Shown: piece by piece, positions 25,321 through 32,000 of the stretch | Numbering within the stretch: position 1 is the first letter of the stretch | Layout of the letters: each line of letters starts with the position of its first letter | Source: Candidatus Saccharimonadota bacterium | Lineage (GTDB): Bacteria > Bacteroidota > Bacteroidia > Cytophagales > Amoebophilaceae | Direction of reading: 5' to 3' | NCBI RefSeq assembly: GCF_936981045.1 | Contig: NZ_OW441264.1 | Location: forward strand, 660,001 to 692,000 | Length of the DNA: 32,000 bases | Position numbers and translations under genes: made by a program | Notes under the pieces: model-generated | Told to the model about the DNA's origin: nothing | Seen by the model: the letters and a program-made list of their open reading frames with translations, nothing else | Database searches by the model: none

Positions 25321-28050
25321 CTAATCTCTTTGACAAATACGCACGTATGGACAATAGGCACATATTTCAAGATCTTCTGTTTGTACAAAAGGTATAACAG
25401 GATTAAATATTTCTACAAGCAGTTCCTTGAGTCCCTCTTCAAATGGTTGCGCATGTGCCATCATATCTTTTATTCGTTGGTACTTTTTACCATTATCAGG
25501 CTGTTGTATAAAGATACCAGGCCTATAATCTTTTAAAAAGATCTCCTGAATATGGATCAAGTAGGGCATGATCAGTTGCGGATCATCTGCTCCATGTAGA
25601 GACTGAAAAAGCCAAGCGTAAAAAAAAAGCTGAAAAATAGCCCTGTTTTTTTTAATCTTAGTAGGATCAAATAAGGTAGCTATGCTCGATATTTTACAAT
25701 TGGATAAACCTGTCTTATAATCTATAATACGGATCAAATGGTTTTGCCTATCTATACGATCTATCACACCGCTCAACCAGACCTTCCTTTGTGCATCTAA
25801 AACCATTGGCTGCTTTATAGCTACCTCAACGCCCAAAAGGGTAAATGGCGCATCTGCACCATCTATGTCCAACATAGCTGTTAAGAGTTTTTCCAGTAGC
25901 GCACGAAGTAAGATAGGCATACCGGGTGCAGTACGCCACGCAGCTATAGCTTCCTCTATCTTTGTTTTTATTTTTGATTGTAGCTGCACTACAACGCTTG
26001 TATCTATCTGCATGCCTATAAAAGGTTGATACAACCTTGCCATAACATCATGAAATAATATACCCAACTGCACAGCCTCTGCCCCATCTTTTGGCAACGC
26101 CGTCTGCTTTAGTTGCAGCAAATAGCTAAAATAAAATTGAAGTGGACAAGACAAGTAAGAGATGAGCGCAGCAGGCGTTATGCTAGCAGCAGCTACTGCC
26201 TCTTTTACCAAAAACCTATCTAATAACTGCATCACTGCATGGTCTTTCTGAATAGCTATAGTAGCTATTGTCCTTTCTAGAAGCTGCATGGAATGATAAG
26301 ACGGTATCATTTTTAACTTGCTATCAAAAGTCAATTGTAGCAACAATCGACTCATTTCATTAGAAGCCTCTAAATGATTTTTTGGAGCATAGTAACCATA
26401 CACATTTTGGGCGCGCTGCAGTAATCTATAAAATCCATAAGCGGTTTTATTTTCTGCTACTTTATCTGCCAATGGCAGCCCAAAACTATAACATAAGTCA
26501 TAAGGTAAAAAAGAATCATTATAGGTAACCTTAGGGAAGCACCCTTCATTCATATTCAGAAAGAAAACATGTTCAAAATCTAAATTATAGGATTCAGAAA
26601 CCTCTACAATATAGAGACCCGTCACAGGATTAGCTTTATGAAATAGCATCCTACTTTGCTTTAAACCATTTAAGAAACAAGAAGCAGAACAGGTAGCCAT
26701 TTCTGCTCGCAACTCCTTTATGTAGACCAATACATGGTATAATGCCGTTTTATTCAGTTCCAAGAAAAGATGATCTGACGTTATACAATGGTTATATATA
26801 TAGGTTACTCCTTCCTGAAGGTAGGGCAACATACCCTCCTGATGCAACCATAGGTCAAAGACGTGATATACCTTACGTTCATCCAATGATTGGCGTATAG
26901 CAGTAAGCTGCGATTGCACCGCTGCTTCTGCAAACGGATACCATAATGCCAATACATCAGCCATATAGCGATATATTTCCTCCCTCTCTGCAATAAAGGC
27001 TTCCCAAAGCGCTACCAATCGCGCTACTAAGGTATAGACAACCGTAGCACTAAATGGATAATCCAATCTACAATGCAGCGAAATAGGTAGGTTAGAGAGG
27101 TGATCCAGTAAAGGTATCAGTAGATCGCTACCACTTACTACGATTGCGGTTTGGCAAGGCAAAAACTTTGGCTTGCCATCATCTGTTTTTTCTTGTAGGG
27201 CAGCTACCACTGCTTGCACTTGGGCTACCATAGTAGATGCTTCTCTTAGAAAGACCTTTTTATGGGGATCATTGAAATAAGTACCTGGCACAAAATTTTT
27301 CTGGAACCATTTTTTTTCCCTATGCTGGCGTAGATAATGGCCCGCTAGGTTGACTGCATTATCCAAATAATGGCTATCCACATCCCAGAAAAAGGTGGTC
27401 AAAACAACTGCCTGGAATTGCCTAATAAACTGTTCTTGAGCAGGCGTTAGCAAATTAAATCCAACAAAGATCAGCTCCTGAGCCATTATTTCCGGTAAGG
27501 GTTGGGCCATGCTATAGCATAACCCTTCATACCCTTTCCCTTCTCCTATTAACTTTTTTCTAAAAGATTGATAGAGCAGAGGCAATTGTTTCCAAAAAAG
27601 CAGCGCTTCTTTTGGTTGCAATAATGGTAGTGCACTCGCCTTCTGACTTACAAAAGCATCGCTGGTCAGTTGTTTTTGTTCCATTAAAGATGCAAACAAC
27701 TCAGCACCATTTACAAGATGGTTATCTATAGTATTAAAATCTTGTAAAAGGGTAAAGCCCCAACCATAAAATTGCTCAAAAGATTCCTTTCTATTTAAAA
27801 TGTGCTCGGCCAATCGATGTAGCCTGCTTAACAAAGCCAAAGTAGGTAGAGGCGCTATCCTACTATGCGTCAGCATCAACTGATGCAAGGTTACACAACT
27901 ATCTTGCCACCTTTCCTTATTACATAAGGATTGGAAATAATCAATAGATAGTTGATTGGGAAATATGAAAAGGCATTTCCCCACACTATTGGACTTATTT
28001 ACATGCGAAATAACTTCTGCTAAAAAAGGGGGATGCGTTATCGTTTTCAT
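25321..28050 (-). CDS. AddB-like PD-(D/E)XK nuclease with a C-terminal Fe-S cysteine cluster
   Basis: 909 aa. Nuclease block GVIDRIDRQNHLIRIIDYKTG. A Cys in YLSCPLQFYF plus C-terminal CAYCPYVRIC gives a four-Cys iron-staple pattern. No Walker A is visible in the N-terminal region. Confidence 0.7.
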   Translation of the reverse strand: MKTITHPPFLAEVISHVNKSNSVGKCLFIFPNQLSIDYFQSLCNKERWQDSCVTLHQLMLTHSRIAPLPTLALLSRLHRLAEHILNRKESFEQFYGWGFTLLQDFNTIDNHLVNGAELFASLMEQKQLTSDAFVSQKASALPLLQPKEALLFWKQLPLLYQSFRKKLIGEGKGYEGLCYSMAQPLPEIMAQELIFVGFNLLTPAQEQFIRQFQAVVLTTFFWDVDSHYLDNAVNLAGHYLRQHREKKWFQKNFVPGTYFNDPHKKVFLREASTMVAQVQAVVAALQEKTDDGKPKFLPCQTAIVVSGSDLLIPLLDHLSNLPISLHCRLDYPFSATVVYTLVARLVALWEAFIAEREEIYRYMADVLALWYPFAEAAVQSQLTAIRQSLDERKVYHVFDLWLHQEGMLPYLQEGVTYIYNHCITSDHLFLELNKTALYHVLVYIKELRAEMATCSASCFLNGLKQSRMLFHKANPVTGLYIVEVSESYNLDFEHVFFLNMNEGCFPKVTYNDSFLPYDLCYSFGLPLADKVAENKTAYGFYRLLQRAQNVYGYYAPKNHLEASNEMSRLLLQLTFDSKLKMIPSYHSMQLLERTIATIAIQKDHAVMQLLDRFLVKEAVAAASITPAALISYLSCPLQFYFSYLLQLKQTALPKDGAEAVQLGILFHDVMARLYQPFIGMQIDTSVVVQLQSKIKTKIEEAIAAWRTAPGMPILLRALLEKLLTAMLDIDGADAPFTLLGVEVAIKQPMVLDAQRKVWLSGVIDRIDRQNHLIRIIDYKTGLSNCKISSIATLFDPTKIKKNRAIFQLFFYAWLFQSLHGADDPQLIMPYLIHIQEIFLKDYRPGIFIQQPDNGKKYQRIKDMMAHAQPFEEGLKELLVEIFNPVIPFVQTEDLEICAYCPYVRICQRD

Positions 28051-28060
28051 GACACTTATA

Positions 28061-28180
28061 ACATGATTCGGGATTAAAAGTGTGCTAAAAGTGAATGATT
28101 TTGAATGATTTATATGATGAAACTAGCAAGGATTATGCAATTTTAATAATTGATTATCAGTCAATTAATATCTACGGAGT
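28061..28180. repeat. Degenerate one-ended MITE-A-like remnant
   Basis: ACATGATTCGGGATT compared with ACGTGAGTTCGGGATT, and AATAATTGATTATCAG resembles the MITE interior. No second terminal repeat is present. Confidence 0.4.
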
Positions 28181-28234
28181 GGTCACTAATACTAGAGGAC
28201 GAATAGTTTTATAAACGTTATATAGCTAACTATT

Positions 28235-28597
28235 CTATGCAGTAGCCCCATTACTATCTTGTAGATTCACATCTATACCTTTGGTTATCAAAGCATTGAC
28301 TACCCCTACATGCCCATGTTGTAGTGCCAGATGGAGTAGAGCAGATCCGTTCCGATTAAGTCTATTTAATAATTCGATATCGATCCCTTTACCCAGAAAC
28401 TCTTCCAACTCGGCTTACTGACCAAATGCAACAAGTTGTTGTAAGGAAATGGATACAAGGCTATCTGGATTCAACAATTTTGCTTGCTGATTTTAATCGT
28501 TAGCCATACCGTACCTGCTTGGTAAGCTACTGCAAACAGCAAGTGACATAAATCCAAAAGATACTAGCACCACCCAGAATATCCGATTGGTACGCAT
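28235..28597 (-). pseudogene. Ankyrin-repeat lipoprotein pseudogene
   Basis: Reads MRTNRIFWVVLVSFGFMSLAVCSS (signal/lipobox-like), then an in-frame TAA, then ...GQ*AELEEFLGKGIDIELLNRLNRNGSALLHLALQHGHVGVVNALITKGIDVNLQDSNGATA*. This is an ANK consensus pattern broken by two internal stops. Confidence 0.55.
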
Positions 28598-28809
28598 AAA
28601 GTATGTCCTACGCTTAATCATTATTAGTGCATTAATTACCACAATTACTTAAAATTTATACTGAGCGAAACTTTCTAATTTTTCCACAAGCTTTTAGAAG
28701 GGTTTTCTTACACTTCGAACTTTAATAACTGCACAGTACATAGATTTGCACAACTGTTTTCAATATAGTTATTTAATCTTCAAAAATTAGTAAATTCAAG
28801 CAGCGTTAG

Positions 28810-30273
28810 GTGCCAACGACGCAGCCCTACCGTCTTAAAGATAAGACAGATAAGGTATTGCGACCAAGCAACTTATATAGACCCAACCAACTAGAAATGA
28901 TGTCAACTGATCCGCATGCACTTACACCCAAAGCAATTGTACAAGAACTTGATAAATATATTATCGGTCAAGCAGAAGCTAAACGCAACGTTGCAGTTGC
29001 ATTGCGCAATAGATGGCGTAGAATGCAGGTTACTGAAGTGCTTAAGGAAGACATTGTCCCGAACAACATTTTAATGATTGGGCCAACTGGCGTAGGCAAA
29101 ACAGAAATAGCTAGACGGTTGGCCAAAATTGCAAAGGTGCCTTTTACTAAAGTAGAAGCCTCTAAATTTACAGAAGTGGGCTATGTAGGACGTGATGTAG
29201 AGAGCATGGTCAGGGATTTAGTAGAACGTACCGTAGCCATGGTAAAGGCAGAAAAAATGGAAGCACTCCAACACAAAGCGACTAGGCAAGTAGAAGAAAT
29301 TATTTTAGATATATTGCTTCCTCCCCTTCATCCAAAAAAAACAGTAGACCTATCCTTAGATGAGGGCCAAAGCAACCATACTATTACTCGAGATCGTTTT
29401 CGTGAAAAGCTAAGAAGTGGCGCACTAGATCAACAGCAAATCGAAATTAAAATAACCAATCCTACCCCTTCTGGTAATATAAGTAGTCTAGGGATAGGGC
29501 CTGCTATGGACGAAGGATTGGTCATGAACTTTCAAGATATGCTCAGCAGTTTTTTACCCAAACAAACTAAAAAAAGAAAAGTTACCATTGCAGAGGCACG
29601 CACGTTACTATTGACAGAGGAACTCACCAAGCTGATTGATATGAGCGCGGTTAGAGAAGAAGCCTTAGCCAGAGCCAGCAACACAGGTATTATTTTTATA
29701 GATGAAATTGATAAAATTGCCGATACCAGTTCAAGCAATAGTCCAGGTGTAAGTCGAGAAGGGGTGCAACGCGATCTTTTACCCATTGTAGAGGGCAGTA
29801 CGGTACAAACCAAACATGGCCCGATCGACACAGATCATATTCTTTTTATTGGGGCAGGTGCGTTTCATATGACTAAACCATCTGACCTGATTCCAGAATT
29901 ACAAGGCCGGTTCCCTATTCGTGTGACATTAGACAACCTTTCACAAAAGGATTTTTATAAAATCCTAGATGAACCTAAAAGTGCACTACCGATCCAGTAT
30001 CAAGCTCTGTTATCAGTAGAAAAGGTTAGGCTAGAGTTTACCCCAGAGGCAAAACAAGAAATTGCAGCCACTGCTTACCTGCTCAATGCAGAGATAGAAA
30101 ATATTGGTGCAAGGCGGTTGCAAACCGTAATGAGCCATCTGTTAACACCCATACTATTTGATGTGCCAGATACCATTGCCCCCTATACAGCCATTACCAT
30201 CACCAAAGAAATGGTCCAAGAAGCGCTAGCTGACTTAATAAAACGGAAAAATCTTAGCAGTTATATTTTATAA
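28810..30273 (+). CDS. hslU: ATP-dependent protease ATPase subunit HslU
   Basis: Contains LDKYIIGQAEAKRNVAVALRNRWRR, GPTGVGKTEIARRLA and IIFIDEIDKI. The track ORF starts at a GTG. The ATG at 28897 gives a more typical 458 aa. Confidence 0.93.
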   Translation: MPTTQPYRLKDKTDKVLRPSNLYRPNQLEMMSTDPHALTPKAIVQELDKYIIGQAEAKRNVAVALRNRWRRMQVTEVLKEDIVPNNILMIGPTGVGKTEIARRLAKIAKVPFTKVEASKFTEVGYVGRDVESMVRDLVERTVAMVKAEKMEALQHKATRQVEEIILDILLPPLHPKKTVDLSLDEGQSNHTITRDRFREKLRSGALDQQQIEIKITNPTPSGNISSLGIGPAMDEGLVMNFQDMLSSFLPKQTKKRKVTIAEARTLLLTEELTKLIDMSAVREEALARASNTGIIFIDEIDKIADTSSSNSPGVSREGVQRDLLPIVEGSTVQTKHGPIDTDHILFIGAGAFHMTKPSDLIPELQGRFPIRVTLDNLSQKDFYKILDEPKSALPIQYQALLSVEKVRLEFTPEAKQEIAATAYLLNAEIENIGARRLQTVMSHLLTPILFDVPDTIAPYTAITITKEMVQEALADLIKRKNLSSYIL

Positions 30274-30405
30274 AGGTTCTTTCTGGCCAACGGGTCCTTT
30301 TTGCCCATAGATGGCGCAGCGTGTATCATGCCTTTAGAACATATTTTTTATTTTTTGCTTATATTTATGAACTACCAAAATTTAAGATAACAATTCTTAT
30401 ACCAC

Positions 30406-31707
30406 ATGACATTCCTTATTAAGATGATTCAATTTTTGGCAGCTCTATTCATTATAGTTGGCACCCATGAATTGGGTCACTTACTTTTTGCTAAGCTATT
30501 TAAAATGCGGGTCAATAGCTACATAATCGGATACCCGCCTAAAATATTTAAAGTGAAATGGGGTGAAACGGAATATGCCTTAGGATCCATTCCTTTAGGT
30601 GGAGCCGTGCAGATTGCAGGCATGGTGGATGAGTCATTAGCTGTCGATCATTTGCAAAATGCCCCACAACCTTGGGAGTTTCGTTCAAAGCCAGCTTGGC
30701 AGCGGTTCCTCACTATATTAGGGGGTATTATTTTTAACCTGATTAGTGGCATGCTCATATGGATTGGTATAACCTACATGGTGGGGCATAGCTATTTGCC
30801 TAAAGATGAAGTAAATAAATATGGCATTGTGCCAAATGCCATAGGTAGCCAAATGGGTTTTAAAACAGGGGATCAAATTATCAAAATCAATGGAAAAAAT
30901 TTTGAAGATTTTAATGCGATCTTATCACCCAACCTTTTACTCCGTAATAAAAGTTACTATACCATCAAAAGAGCGGGTAAGCTCTTAGATCTACCCATTC
31001 CAGATAAAGTCATAGAAAGCCTATCAGCGTTAAAAAAAGGGGGGATTGTAACGCCCATTTGTCCTTGTTTGATTCACGCTGTTGCCACAAACAGCAGTGC
31101 TGCGCAAGCAGGCTTAATGGCTGGAGATCAAATTATTGAACTAGGTAGCCTAGCTACCCCTTATCTACATGAATTGGCCCAGGTAGTTGATACTTATTGG
31201 GACAAAACAGTCGAAGTGACCTATTTGCGGAATGGTATAAAAATGTCTACCCACATTCAGATGGACCCCAAAAGATTAGGTATTCAATTGGCCGGGCCTA
31301 AGTATGAGAAACTAAATTATTCATTTATAGAATCTATCCCTGTGGGTCTAGGAAAAGCTTTGGAGTTAATGCAAGGGCAATTTTTAGCCATCTGGAAACT
31401 TATCACAGGCAAACTTAGTTTAAAATCTTTAAGTGGCCCCATTGGCATTGCCCAAAGTTTTGGAGATGAATTTATTGGGTATAGATTCTGGGTACTGGTT
31501 GCCTCTTTATCCATCGCGATTGCCTTAGTCAACTTGCTGCCCATTCCAGCATTAGATGGAGGACATGCCTCATGTATATTATATGAAGCACTATCTGGCA
31601 GAAAGCCTTCCGATAGATTTTTACAAGGCGCCCAAAAATTGGGTATGCTCCTTATACTTTTACTGATGCTTTATGCATTCGGTAATGATATTCGTAAGTT
31701 ATTATAA
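30406..31707 (+). CDS. rseP: RIP site-2 metalloprotease RseP (M50 family, with PDZ)
   Basis: 433 aa. HELGH in the first TM segment, central PDZ-like segments (GDQIIKING, GDQIIELG), and NLLPIPALDGG. Confidence 0.88.
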   Translation: MTFLIKMIQFLAALFIIVGTHELGHLLFAKLFKMRVNSYIIGYPPKIFKVKWGETEYALGSIPLGGAVQIAGMVDESLAVDHLQNAPQPWEFRSKPAWQRFLTILGGIIFNLISGMLIWIGITYMVGHSYLPKDEVNKYGIVPNAIGSQMGFKTGDQIIKINGKNFEDFNAILSPNLLLRNKSYYTIKRAGKLLDLPIPDKVIESLSALKKGGIVTPICPCLIHAVATNSSAAQAGLMAGDQIIELGSLATPYLHELAQVVDTYWDKTVEVTYLRNGIKMSTHIQMDPKRLGIQLAGPKYEKLNYSFIESIPVGLGKALELMQGQFLAIWKLITGKLSLKSLSGPIGIAQSFGDEFIGYRFWVLVASLSIAIALVNLLPIPALDGGHASCILYEALSGRKPSDRFLQGAQKLGMLLILLLMLYAFGNDIRKLL

Positions 31708-31804
31708 GTTATAAGCCTACTGTTTTCACTTTTCTGGCATATTATTTGCTTGTATTACCATACAAAGTGATAAAATGATAAACAGGTAAATGTAAACCAA
31801 GCAT

Positions 31805-32000
31805 ATGTACTTCAATAAGTCACTAGCAATGGATGGAAGGCTTACTTCTGCATGGGGTGAGGATGGCATAGGCGGCATGGTGGAGCTGATTGTCTCTGAT
31901 AAAAAAGAACAACTCTCCGACGATAACACCCAAGGTAGAATACCCTTGTTGGCACTTCGTAATACGGTTCTTTTTCCCAATGTTGTAGTACCTATTACTG
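31805..32000 (+). CDS. lon: Lon protease, N-terminal fragment (continues beyond the window)
   Basis: The frame from the ATG at 31805 reads ...GRIPLLALRNTVLFPNVVVPIT, the Lon N-domain opening motif (LP-L-LR-x-x-V-x-FP). The exact start codon is uncertain. Confidence 0.6.
   Translation, partial: MYFNKSLAMDGRLTSAWGEDGIGGMVELIVSDKKEQLSDDNTQGRIPLLALRNTVLFPNVVVPIT

Noticed and set aside
31726-31980. Minus-strand ORF of 84 aa after rseP.
   Set aside because: The plus strand of the same region reads the conserved Lon N-terminal motif (IPLLALRNTVLFPNVVVPIT), so the minus ORF is a shadow frame.

Overview
This is a visibly AT-rich bacterial window. Its housekeeping genes look Bacteroidota-like: a DUF4290 gene sits directly upstream of murA, MurA has Asp at the fosfomycin-target position, and there is an AddB-type nuclease. 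These genes are interleaved with a very dense load of mobile-element debris. The lineage call is inference from synteny and gene style, with no database search. The overall pattern fits an IS-ridden intracellular symbiont of the Amoebophilus/Cardinium type.

Confident genes:
- SEDS protein (FtsW/RodA family), M23 peptidase, dnaK, truB, birA
- MsbA-like ABC exporter, thioredoxin, CCA-adding enzyme
- a putative secreted alpha/beta-hydrolase
- UvrD/PcrA-type helicase, DUF4290 protein, murA
- AddB-like Fe-S nuclease, hslU, rseP, and the start of lon

Mobile content:
- two 1277-bp IS5-family copies in inverted orientation
- one IS256-family element split by one of those copies
- one group II intron split by the other copy; its RT/maturase ORF is open
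- two different IS6-family remnants and an IS110-like start fragment
- a 173-bp IS5-derived MITE with a 5-bp duplication
- a highly conserved 240-bp element with terminal inverted repeats (three full copies, one edge-truncated copy, plus variants)

The most informative observation is that the flanks of the two IS5 copies are reciprocally swapped. This lets a 12.6-kb inversion by IS-IS recombination be reconstructed from the sequence alone. Several gene remnants (MutS-like, NlpC/P60, ankyrin lipoprotein) abut these repeats.

I found no rRNA, tRNA or CRISPR array, and no convincing novel multi-gene system such as a defence or secretion locus. The novelty here lies in mobile-element architecture and genome erosion.
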